Source: Podarcis gaigeae
Taxonomy: Eukaryota
Length of the DNA stretch: 64,000 bases
NCBI GenBank assembly: GCA_964106915.2
Contig: OZ066917.1
Reading direction: 5' to 3' (one strand)
The translations under genes were made by a program, and so were the position numbers. Of the stretch, positions 11,934-24,200 are shown in pieces; the stretch's first letter is position 1, and each line of letters opens with the position of its first letter. A model generated the notes under the pieces. The model saw only the letters and a list, made by a program, of their open reading frames with translations, made no database searches and was not told the origin of the DNA.

Positions 11934-14807
11934 ATCTCACCAGCAGGGAGACGGTCCCACAGTATCATGAACTTGTAATTTTCCATTTGGAGGTGTACTA
12001 ACTCAATATAATTTTATGAATGCTGTTTGCCTTGCTACTTATGCCTATATTCTTCTTCCGATCTGAGAAGTTCAAGGTAGTTTACTCCTTTGTTGTGTGT
12101 GGTTCCTCAGATGATGAGCACCCACCTCTGGCAAGCTCTCTAGCTGCTGCCGCCATTTTCATGAGGCTGATAGAATGCCAAATCAAACTAATTGGAAACT
12201 TGGTTCATATGCACAATAACTATTTCAGCAGTATCTCACAAGAAAAACCTTTTATTTCATCATACTTCAAGTTACTTCTTTTAATTCACAATCATAACTG
12301 AAATATATGTTTTTGCTCTGAATGCAGCCTGAAATTCACAAAAGAAAATTCCCACCTTAAAGAAAGATCTGCCTGCATTTTAAATATGCTTAGAAACTCA
12401 TTCTTTCTGTTACTCGACAGAAAAACAAAGTCAATATCAAACACTTTTGGAGAGGAGTAACATGTGTTTTTTCTTTCAAGACACGAAGGTTTTCCAGAAA
12501 CCTGACAAAGATTGATGCAGGAACTCTAAATTTTGAGACACCTGACACCTTTATAGGAATTAATGACGAAAGAGAGGGACTGTTTGAACATTTTGAGGTT
12601 TTGTTTTATTTCCAACAGGTGCTGCTCTGTTGAGCAAAGTGGTTGAAAGCTTTTTCAAATCATACTTGGATTACTGCTGCCTTTTCCTTTTTAATTTCAT
12701 GGCAATCCCTATTTCTTTAGTAATCCTTAAAAAGGCTGCACTTCTTGCTACTTCTTATTTCTTTATTTGCCAAATGCATGCAGAAAATGGGAGAAATGGG
12801 AGGTCCTCGCAACACCACTTTGTGCACCTGTCTAAATGTCTTCTGTAACTGTAAGCATAGGGTTGAACCCAACTTGTTCTGTGTTTGAGAGGTATGGAGT
12901 TCTGCTCATGCAGGACTTCCCCCTTCCTCTTCTCCCCTCTTTTGCAGCTCCCTCATGCTCCCAAATCTACCCCAGAGGGTCTCACCATAGGTATTACATA
13001 AAACAGCCAAACACGTTGGTTTTCATGGAGTACAGCATTGCCTAATCAAAGCATCACACCATTCATTATTTGTGTACTTATTCACCACTATGTTGTGTCA
13101 GTGTAGGGCATTCCAGACAGTGCTGTGTGACCCTAAGGCAGCAACGGCTGTGAAGCACTATTAAGTCCAGGGTAGACTTAAATGCCTTTTTAGACACTAT
13201 GGTCTCGTTCATACATCCCTAGGGTACGATGAAGGAGCCAGTGCAGGCCTCACTTATGCAAATAACAACGGTGCAAGCAATGTCCTCAAAGGATGAGGGT
13301 GAGGAGAGTACACCGTCAGGGACATTATAGATACATTAGTAGCTTGGGGAAGAGGAAGAGATGTACACACTGCTGTCTAATAGGCATCTCTCTTGCACAT
13401 GGGAACTCTCTAAAGAACACTCAGTGGCAACCTGATGCAACAGGGCAGTAGTACAGACAGGTTGTTTTCGTGCCTGAATCAGTGCAAGCTACTTTGTACA
13501 CCATTGCAACAACAACTGGTAATTTAACTATCAAAGTGGAATCAGTGCTACACTTTCATTACAAATAGTAGGTCTGTAGTTCCTTCGTTTAAAAAACTGG
13601 ATGTTTCCTTTAAAAACAGCCACATATTGCACTGATCTTCCACATTGCATGAAACTGAAAAGAGCCTTATCCAACCTTTTTTTCCCCCTTGGTAAAAGCT
13701 TCTCCGGCAAAAAATAAAGCAAAAGTTTCTTTACAGCTAAATATACTACCCCCATTTATAAATAAATACTTTGACAGCTTTGGAAAAATGTAGGAGTACC
13801 TGAAGTCTTGGGATGTTTGGATACATTTATTGAGCAAAAGGAGATGGCACCAATTTACGTGTAACTTGACTCAACCTGTTTCATGCATAGCTTTATCCTT
13901 CTTCAAATAAACATTTTTATACAGAAACTATTTTTGAAAAAAATATGCTGAGATGGAAATAGTGTTGAAAACCTTTAGCAGGAGGTGAAAAGGATTGCTT
14001 TGCTTTGAATTCTGGACCTCCCAAGGAAGTTTAATGGAGTACTTACTATCAGTCTGCTTCCAAGAATACAGGAGCTTCTGATAAGAGCAACTTCAGTGGT
14101 AGGACTGGAGGCCTAGAAAAGGGAAACCTGCACATTCTTTCTCTGAACAGTCCATTATGATGGGTCAAGATTTAACCCTTCTGTTAGCGGTACCAAAAGT
14201 AGGTGTAAAAAGTTTTCTGTTAACATGTACTGCTTCAAACTCTCTTATATTAAAGGGTCATTTGTTCTGTGATGCTTCATCTCTCCCCACTTTTTTTAAC
14301 TTAACAGTTTCATTAAAATGGGAGGAGGGGAGGGACATGACATTCCCTTTTATAAAAGAATAAATTTTATTAGAATATAAAGAAAAATACAAAACATAAT
14401 ATCAAGTATCTTTTCCCCCTAAACTAAAACATTAATTTAAATATCTTATCAAAGGAAAAAAGAGAAGAAAAAGAGTAAGAAAGAGGGAAAGGAAAGAAAT
14501 TAGAAAATAATTTTAAATAATAGGAAAAGAAAGTACTTCCGCTTCTGTGTCTGCCAATTTGACACACAAACACACATACACACTGCCCCACTTGCCACTA
14601 TTGTTACAAACTTCATGTGTTGCAATCCAATTTTACAGTCAGAATGGAACTTTAAAACTCGATGGACTTTGATAATCAGGACAAACAACTCTGTTCATTT
14701 CAGTGGGTCTACTCTGAATAGAAATATAGATGGTTATGGGAGTAGAAACAAATTGTAATAGATAGCTCAATGGTGATGTCAGCTTCATTTAATAATGAAG
14801 CTGACCG

Positions 14808-14945
14808 TTGGAAGATTCAGGAGGAAAGTACTTCTTTATGCAGTTCATACTTAAGTTATGGTACTTGCTCCCAAAGGAGGTAGTGATGACCACCAACTTG
14901 GAAGGCTTTAAAACATGGTTACACAAATTCATGGAGGATAGGATT
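14808..14945 (+). mobile_element. CR1 LINE 3' fragment
   Basis: KYFFMQ..LKLWYLLPKEVV.TTNLEGFKTWLHKFMEDR matches the CR1 ORF2 C-terminus. Confidence 0.7.
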
Positions 14946-14965
14946 AATTTTTATTGCAGATTTAT

Positions 14966-15012
14966 GGAAGGAAGGAAGGAAGGAAGGAAGGAAGGAAGGA
15001 AGGAAGGAAGGA
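14966..15012. repeat. (GGAA)n microsatellite
   Basis: Direct reading. Confidence 0.9.
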
Positions 15013-16344
15013 GGGAGGGAGGGGGACCCAACCAGCTCACATTAACAAAACAATAGCAGTCAATGCATCCATCTTAGTTTACTCATATAGCTTGATAGAT
15101 TCCATCCAAATAGCCCAGTGAGACTTGTGTTTATAAAAAGTGTGTTCACATGAATTCTTTCTTGTTTCTTTATTTGTATATGTAGTTGCCAATTGATGAT
15201 GTTTTCATTTATCTTATTTGTCTTTTAAATATTTATAAATCATACTTCCATATATAATTTCACAAGGCACTTGATTAAGTGTGGTCAAGTTTGCAGAAGC
15301 TTGTGCCATAAATACTTGTCCTTAAATGCGCCACAGGGCATTACAGTTTGAGGCTATGACTTCCAAGGTAGGCTTGAGACCTGTCCCTTTCCCACTTAGC
15401 ATTGCCTGGAGGCTGAGAAGAGGGGGAAAGAGCAGAATATGCCAGTGAGAATAGGGTCCCTCTCCTCTCCAAGCCAGCTCCCTAGAAAATCTGGTTTATT
15501 CCTAACACTAGGAAAGAAAAACCACCAACACCACACTTCTGCATGTGTATATCTTCTTAAATCAGTGTGTGAAAAGAATGATTATTGTAGTGTCATTCTG
15601 AAGTAGTTCAATGTGATAACTTGCAGGCTGGAGTGTAAATGTATGGCTTGTTAAACAAGTTGGTTCCTGGCTTGTTATAACTTGTGACCTTCCCTGCCTT
15701 TGTGTTCTCTTTAGTTGTCTTTTGCTCCCCACCCCTTCAGTTTATATTTCAGGAAAAATCTAAGCCAAGCTGGAGCTTGCTGGATTAAAAAAGAATAACA
15801 AAAAGATGAACTATGTAAAGCTTTTTAGCAGCCAGCATGTAATACTAGTGACATACATATTCATTCATAATGCAATAGCTTTCAGGGTACAGTTGGAAGG
15901 TTGAAATACAATTGTAACTGCAAACTTCCGTCTATAGCAAGCATTGTCTCCCTATTCTTGGTGGTTACCATGACCTTTAATATCTTGTATCAACAGTAAA
16001 GGGATCCTTGTTGCACTTGGTGATGCTTTAAACTTTACATTGCAAAAGAATGTGCAAGAATTGGTTTGCAGCCACCTTGTTTTGCTAATGTGCATGTTGC
16101 TGCATGGACACATGGTTTACATGCTACTTTCTATGCTGAATTGCTTCCATGTACGCATTGTATAATGTTTGCAGTGGTCCATTGTTACTGTGTGTCAAGT
16201 GAGAGACCTATAAGTTTAACCTTACCTGATATGCAAAGCATGGAAGGATTATGTTTGTCTCCTGTTATACAAAGGTAGAGGTGAAGAGAGAAATGTGACT
16301 TTCCCTCCATGTCATATGAAAGACAAGGAAGAGTGTCCGTGGGG

Positions 16345-16470
16345 TTAGTGTGAGTTCTATATGCTGCCCCTATAAGAAACTTGGCTGCAGCATTCTGAAC
16401 CAATTGAGGTTTTAGAATGGTATTCAAGTGGAGCCCCAGGCAGAGTGCAGTACTGTAGTCAAGATTAAAG
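16345..16470 (-). mobile_element. Decayed L2 fragment
   Basis: Minus strand reads PQLVQNAAAKFLIG, preceded by an LDYC-like segment. Confidence 0.5.
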
Positions 16471-18320
16471 ATGACTTAAGATGTGAGATTGGAAGGTTTC
16501 TGAAAGGGATGCAGTTGGTACCTACAGAATCTTCAACCTGTCTGTGAGGACATTTTGCCCAAGCAGCAGCCAAGGGTAGTGGGTTTGGAAGTATGGCTAG
16601 GGAAGGAATGAAATTGCAAAAATATGGACAAAGAAATAGCACTGCAAAAAGCAGGAAAATGCTAGAGAGAAAATTAAATGAGCGGAAACCAAGCACTTAA
16701 CATGGATTACAAAATGGATCCAAATGCATGAAACTTATTTTCCACAGCTGCTTGTGAACATCACATTATTAATAACTAACAAGGTGCTTAACACATTATT
16801 TATGGTACATGTTAAGATTTGAAGAAACAAATGTGTAAAGCCTTTTTATTCTATTCCTTTGCTAGAACTAAATGGCCTATGATTAAGATCCATTGTTCTC
16901 CTCTGAGATACATTTTATAGGCTTCACAGAGGATTGTTGTGGGGGGAAGCACATTGTGTATGTGCTGTTATAGCCGCCTCAGGCCAGGTTTCCTACGCAG
17001 ACCAAAATGAGGAAAGCCATTGTCTCTCTCCCCCCTTCAAATAAAATCAATTAACCTAAGCAGATTTATAGCTCAAATTAAAAAATACACTTACAGAGAA
17101 AAGGGCTGCCTTGCAGCATGTTACTGTGCCAGCCCCAGAGTATTTGTGTGTTCAAAAAATGCTCAGACATAAATTGCTTCCTTGCAGCTGATCAGTTGCC
17201 ACGTCAATGGAAGGGGAAGACACGTGCGTCACTTGAGACTTCTTTGAAGTGATTCAAGCCTAATACACCATTAACTATTAGAGATCTGCCATTAACATTC
17301 CCAGTTAACACTGGATGTCTAACATAAAACCACAAAAGCAGTTACATCCAGAGTTAAGGTTGAAACCCCATCCTTCATTAATTCGGTTGGTGCCTTGCTA
17401 TTGTGGAACATCTGATAGGTGGGAACTCCCTTGCTGTATGTAGACACAATAAAACAACCAAAGTCATTAGCTGAAATTCTACCCTTAACATTAACTGAAC
17501 ACATTTCACTATGGTGTAATGGGTTTTTTCCCCTAGTATATTGTTATTAAAATTGGTTGATGTTCAGTCTTAATTATCCTTATAGAAGTATTCTTTAAAA
17601 GACCCTTTTTGCTACCAGTCCTTGAAATAACTCTGTTTTTTATAGTGAATGGAAGGAGCTTTTATGAATTAGTATTCAATATCAACTCTGTTTTTTTAGC
17701 TTTCATCTATTTGCCATTGCACTTGCCTTATAGCATTGACACTTGAAGCACTGCCATTGATGTGGCATTCAGAGTAGGAGGTTAGCTTGAGTAGTTCAGA
17801 GTATGCTGTATCACTGTGGCACTGAATATTACGTTGCTGTGGATACACTGAATAAAAGCCAGTATGGGTAATTTATTTTAGAAGGCAACAGGCTGCTGAG
17901 AAAAACCTCTACATTGGCTGACCATATGCTGGACATAAATTGTTGAATTCTGTTCAGTGTGTGATCTATATTTGGCTAGGGATAAAGAAGACTGGCCTCT
18001 TGTTGCTCTAAAAGCAAGAAGAGGTAAGGAATCCACTGGATTTCTTAGTAGTCTGAGGCAATGCTTTTAAGGGTTTTATTTCAATTTGGTTTTTCCATAA
18101 TTAATTTCCTCCCTTCACAATTCTTATTCAAGTCTTCAGTAAAGTAGCAAACTAATTAGGCTTTTATGGTTCCTTCTGTTTTCTTACAACTTGGTCTATC
18201 TCAGACATTAACAAATGTCTTGTTTAAAGCTGTGATAAACAATAAAGAAAAATGATGTGATACTATTTTGTTTGTAATAATTACCACAAGTGAGATATTC
18301 TTGTGGATGGACTGCTGACA

Positions 18321-18374
18321 CATTTCAGAATACTTCTGATCTGCATTCATTTCAGAATACTTCTGATCTGCATT
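18321..18374. repeat. Perfect 27-bp tandem duplication
   Basis: catttcagaatacttctgatctgcatt twice. Confidence 0.95.
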
Positions 18375-19298
18375 CAAGTGCTGCATAGTGGTTAGGATAA
18401 GATATAGTAAATATGAAAATAGAATTGAACTTTTAAAACCTGGCACTTCCAGTCAAATAGAATTATACAGCAATTGCAGTAGATAAAAGAGCATGTGTTT
18501 TTTGGAAGGGAAAAATGTGAATCCTATTTATCTTGGAGATAATTCAAGATGAAAGGTTTTTTAAAATAAAAATCTGACTTTTATTTTATTTTGCTGCTTT
18601 ATAATGAAAGCAAGTTTTATGACGGGCAAAAACTGATACAAATATGCTGTATAAATCTGAATAATTCCACTTGTTTAATCACACTCCCACAGCACACTCA
18701 CCTAATCAGCATTCCCAGGCACACATGTACACCAGTTTCTTTTGTTTTTGTTTTTTGCCCAAATGGGTTTGTGCAGTTACAAATAATTTTTTCCACCCCT
18801 GAACAGGTGCATTGTCCTAGATTTTATAGTTGTTATAACAAATTGGCTTATTAAAAAGGTGTAAGATGTCTAACATAAAATGGGAACATTTGGAGCACTT
18901 TAGTCCTGTTCTAAGTTCTAAGATTTCATTCCACTTCTACCATAAATAAGCACTTAAGCATCTTACTAAAACTTCTGAAAGATCAGTAACAGTTTATCAC
19001 TTTGAGAAAAATATGAAAGGATAGAAGATATCTCCAGAAGCAGTGGAAAAAACGAAGTTCTTTCCATTTTTTCCTCAGCTTTTTATTATCACATTCCTCA
19101 TCAAAGACAAGCAGCCGTTTACAAGAATTCTGCTTTAAACAGTCCAAAACAGTGTCATTAATGTTGGCTATAAATGCCTTGAGACAAAGTGAAATGCGAT
19201 AACTCTTCATGGGTTTTGGTGTCTCAACATCCATAACCACTAGCCAGAAGATTTCAAAGCTCTTCAGGCTGCAAGCAGCTCCTTGGTGTTGAGGGCAG

Positions 19299-19301
<3 letters not shown>

Positions 19302-19351
<50 letters not shown>
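19302..19351. repeat. (ATT)n microsatellite
   Basis: Direct reading. Confidence 0.9.
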
Positions 19352-19899
19352 GCTTCAGTTTCTGAGCAGAAAGTGGCTTGGACTGCAATCTTATGCACAC
19401 TTCACTGGAAGTATATTTTCTTGGAAGCATTGCTTTGCTAGTGAATAATTGGGATTTTTCATTTTAAAAAACCCCCATCTGTTCTTAAGCGATATGTGCA
19501 AAAAAATAGATTTGGTTTTTAAAAGCTTGGCATAAGATGCTTATGCAGGTTGCACTAAACTTCCACCTCTGCAAAATGTGTAAATGTCACACAAGAATCA
19601 AGTAAACTGTTGATTTATTTTCATGTCTCTGTGTGGCATGACTTCCAGGTACCAACTGTTTGGCCATTTTAAGTGGCATAGAAGAATGGAACTCATAGCC
19701 ATTGGGGAGATTGAAATTGAATTTGAGAGAGGTTTTCGTATTTTACCTTTGTTTTAGGACAGAGTTGAGAGAGGGAGGGTGGCACACACAAAAATTAACA
19801 TGGGTAGGGTGAGGACAGGACAAAGACGAAGGACTTTGCCACCCCATTGTCATTTTCAGCTTCTAACTTTAGACAAGGAAAAATGGGGAGAAGGTAATC

Positions 19900-20065
19900 T
19901 ATTGGAGACTAGATCAAAACACCAGGAAGACTTTTCTGATAATAAGAGCTGTTCGACAGTAGAAGGAACTCAAAAGGTTGTGGACTGTCCTTCACTGGAG
20001 GTTATTAAGCAGAGGTTGGATGGTCATCTGTTGTGGATAATTTAGTTGAGATTCCTGTATTGCAA
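19900..20065 (+). mobile_element. CR1 LINE 3' fragment
   Basis: KVVDCPSLEVIKQRLDGHL followed by gagattcctgtattgca. Confidence 0.7.
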
Positions 20066-20194
20066 TATGATATGAATTCTGAAGTTTAATAACTTGCAAG
20101 TATTGGTTTTTTACCTGATAACTAAAGCAACATTCATAAAATCCTGTTTAGGAAGCAAAATTCATAATCACAAGTCCCAAATATATGGCTAGAT

Positions 20195-20667
20195 CAGGGA
20201 TCAGCATTTTTTTTTCAGCAGGGGGCTACTCCACCGTCCCTCAGACCTTGTGGGGGGCCAGACTATATTTTTTTTTGGGGGGGGGAATAACGCAAGAGCA
20301 CCACGAGTCCCGGTGCATGCTTACCTGTGTCCTGCGAGCAGCAGGGGCTGTTGGCGGCAGTGGAGCGATGATGAGTGGCACGCAAAAGGGCTCTGGAGAG
20401 GGGCTGCTTAAAATGGCGGCCGCTCGAGTGGTGCTGCTGCTGCTGCTGGCACCAACAAAGCCCAGCCCCCTTCCTCCTCTAGGCAGGGTGGGGAGAAGCC
20501 AGGGGGAGGGAGGGAGGAGGCGCCGGCGCCGTGTGAGGGAGAGACAGGGAGAGGGAAAGAACGCGCATTCTGGCGATCCACACGATGATTCCCGGACCGT
20601 CCACAGGCCAAATCCAGAAGGCAGTTGGGCCCGATCCAGGCCGCGGGCCTTAGTTTGCCGACCCATG
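20195..20667. mobile_element. Non-autonomous hAT-Charlie element (OC1-like termini), CpG-rich
   Basis: Imperfect TIR cagggatcagca / tttgccgacccatg; perfect 8-bp TSD ggctagat (20187-20194, 20668-20675). Confidence 0.85.
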
Positions 20668-21120
20668 GGCTAGATGATTGATATTCACAAACTGAGGCAA
20701 ATGACTTCCTGCAACAGAATATTTATACCATATTTTCAAATACACCCAAGAGGATAAAAACATTTTGCATATTAACAACTCTGGTCTTTTGTGTTAGAGA
20801 TGCAAATGTAATGTGGTGTATAGTTCTTGGCCCTCAGCCCTGACGAATGATTGTATATTACTGGTTTTTAACTTCACATATCTTAAAACTGGGGCAGGAA
20901 AACTCAGGCCCTCAGTTGGATTTGGGATTTCAAATGGGTTCACACACAGTTTTGCAAACTGCTGTGGAAAGTCCCCTCAGTTTCAAAAATGAGTTGCTGC
21001 TGCAAAATGGGGAGGAAAGCTGCTTGACAAAAGAACTTTAAACTTCATTCGTTAACTCATGGCTGCTGTTTGCGAGAGTCTGGAAGTTTAACTGTGTGCT
21101 ACTTTCTCCCTCTATTTCAG

Positions 21121-21268
21121 AAGGAGGATAATGTCGATGAAGAGATGGCAGAAAAGCTGTCCATCCGAAAGCAACGTTTTATGCAGTTTGCTTCCTTGGA
21201 ATACGAAGGCGAATATTACATGACTCCAAGGGACTTCCTGTTTTCAGTGATGTTTGACAAATCCGGAC
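21121..21268 (+). CDS. MICU2: MICU2 exon 2 (KEDNVDEEMAEKLSIRKQRFMQFASLEYEGEYYMTPRDFLFSVMFDKSG)
   Basis: Acceptor ctctatttcag|AAG, donor GAC|gtaagt; 148 nt, phase 0 to 1. Confidence 0.96.
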
Positions 21269-24200
21269 GTAAGTTTCTGGAGGGTTTTTGTTTGTTTGTT
21301 TCAATTTTGCTGTTTAATGACTGTTAATTTGTGAGTTGTTATTCTTATTGTGAGGCTTCAGTTTTTTCAAAACAGGTAATCTCTTTGCAGAGTCACTTAG
21401 CCCAGGGTATTTCCAGCATGAGGACTGGAGATTGCCAGTAGGCCTCAGCCCTCTTTTGGGCAGCCCTCGGCACTGTACCCCATTGCATGGCTGTGATACA
21501 GCCTGTTGATTGAACTGATTACAGCAGCTCCCAGCGGGCTCAGAACATGGGTACACATGGTTGAACCATGCAATGTTGTGGGGACAACAGGAAAGAGATG
21601 AAACTGACAGTGACCAACCAAGTGCGAGTGAAGGGTGAGAAAGAACACAAGGTATAAAGGATGAGGCTGAGGAAGGGGGAAGCTCTCCCAGGTGAGAATT
21701 GGGAAGACTCACTTCTTTGTAATGTGGATTGAAGATTAAAGTATAGCCAGTGCTTTTTTGCTAAAAAAATGTTTAGGGGTACTCTCATTCAAATTGGGAA
21801 AAATAAATATAGTAAATGGACAAAAGTACAAAATGTTTGGGGGTGCGTACCGCTGCATACCCCCAGAAAAAAAGCACAGGGTATAGTTTTGATAGAGGGC
21901 TTTGTTGTTTAATTGTTTAATCATTTAGTCGTGTCCAACTCTTCGTGACCCCATGGACCAGAGCACGCCAGGCACTCCTGTCTTCCACTGCCTCCCGCAG
22001 TTTGGCCAGGCTCATGTTTGTAGCTTCGCATATACTATCCAACCATCTCGTCCTCCGTCGTCCCCTTCTCCTTGTGCCCTCCATCTTTCCCAACATCAGG
22101 GTCTTTTCCAGGAAGTCTTCTCTTCTCATGAGGTGGCCAAAGTATTGGAGCCTCAACTTCACGATCTGTCCTTCCAGTGAGCACCCAGGGCTGATTTCCT
22201 TAAGAATGGATAGGTCTGATCTTCTTGCAGTCCATGGGACTCTCAAGAGTCTCCTCCAGCACCATAATTCAAAAGCATCAATTCTTTGGCGATCAGCCTT
22301 ATTGATGGCCCAGCTCTCACTTCCATACATGACTACTGGGAAAACCATGGCTTTAACTATACGGACCTTTGTTGACAAGGTGATGTCTCTGCTTTTTAAG
22401 ATGCTGTCTAGGTTTGCCATCGCCTTTCTCCCAAGGAGCAGGCGTCTTTTAATTTCGTGACTGCTGTCACCATCTGCAGTGATCATGGAGCCCAAAAAAG
22501 TAAAATCTCTCACTGCCTCCATTTCTTCCCCTATATTTGCCAGGAGGTGATGGGACCAGTGGCCATGATCTTTGTTTTTTTGATGTTGAGCTTCAGACCA
22601 TATTTTGCACTCTCCTCTTTCACCCTCATTAAAAGGTTCTTTAATTCCTCCTCACTTTCTGCCATCAAGGTTGTGTCATCTGCATATCTGAGGTTGTTGA
22701 TGTTTCTTCCGGCAATCTTAATTCCGGCTTGGGATTCATCCAGCCCAGCCTTTTGCATGATGAATTCTGCATATAAGTTAAATAAGCAGGGAGACAATAT
22801 ACAGCCTTGCCGTACTCCTTTCCCAATTTTGAACCAATCAGTTGTTCCATATCCAGTTCTAACTGTAGCTTCTTGTCCCATATAGAGATTTCTCAGGAGA
22901 CAGATGAGGTGATCAGGCACTCCCATTTCTTTAAGAACTTGCCATAGTTTGCTGTGGTCGACACAGTCAAAGGCTTTTGCATAGCCAATGAAGCAGAAGT
23001 AGATGTCTTTCTGGAACTCTCTAGCTTTCTCCATAATCCAGCTCATGTTTGCAATTTGGTCTCTGGTTCCTCTGCCCCTTTGAAATCCAGCTTGCACTAC
23101 TGGGAGTTCTCAGTCCACATACTGCTTAAGCCTGCCTTGTAGAATTTTAAGCATAACCTTGCTAGCGTGTGAAATGAGTGCAATTGTGCGGTAGTTGGAG
23201 CATTCTTTGGCACTGCCCTTCTTTGGGATTGGGATGTAGACTGATCTTCTCCAATCCTCTGGCCACTGCTGAGTTTTCCAAATTTGCTGACATATTGAGT
23301 GTAGCACCTTGACAGCATCATCGTTTAAAATTTTAAATAGAGGGCTACATACATACATATAATTTTGTGTTGTTGCTATTATTATTGCTACTATTTTAAT
23401 GTTTCCTGTCTCTCTGTTCCTTTCTTCTCCTTCTCCTTCTCTTTTTCTTTTTCTCTTTTCTTGTTCCCCCCCTCCTCTCTTTTTCTTGTCTTTTTGATTC
23501 CATTTGTTTTAGATATTGTTTTATTGCATTGTGAAAACTTTAATTAAAATCTTTGGGGGGGTAGGAAGTATAATGGATGGATGGGCTGAGGAAGAGGGAA
23601 AGATAAGCTCCTGAAGCAACTGCTGCACTGTCTGCCCCACCACTTCACATAAATACTCACAACCCCAGTCCTCCTTCCTTCCTGGTATCGTCCCAAGTCA
23701 AAAAGCCTCTCCTATCTCCTCTGAGGGGAAAGGGCCAGAGAGGGCATTGAAGGAAACTGGAAGAAGATCCTGGGATTTTGTGAAAAGGTTACTACAGTGT
23801 TACATCGGTTCTCAAACTTAATCCGTTCTGGAAGTCCGTTCCAAAAACAAAGCGTTCCAAAACCAAGGCATACTTTCCAAAAGAAAGTAATGCAAAATGG
23901 ATTAATCCGTTCCAGACTTTAAAAACAACCCCTCAAACAGCAATTTAACATGAATTTTACTATCTAACGAGACCTTTGATTCATAAAATGAAAGCAATAA
24001 ACCATGTACAGTGGTACCTCGGGTTAAGAACTTAATTCGTTCTGGAGGTCTGTTCTTAACCTGAAACTGTTCTTAACCTGAGGTACCACTTTAGCTAATG
24101 GGGCCTCCCGCAGCCGCCGTGCGATTTCTGTTCTCATCCTGAAGCAAAGTTCTTAACCCAAGGTACTATTTCTGGGTTAGCGGAGTCTGTAACCTGAAGC

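Noticed and set aside
20185-20673. 162-aa GC-rich ORF as the true MICU2 exon 1
   Set aside because: It is bounded by hAT TIRs and an 8-bp TSD and shows no similarity to the MICU2 N-terminus beyond MAAA. Kept only as an alternative-exon hypothesis.
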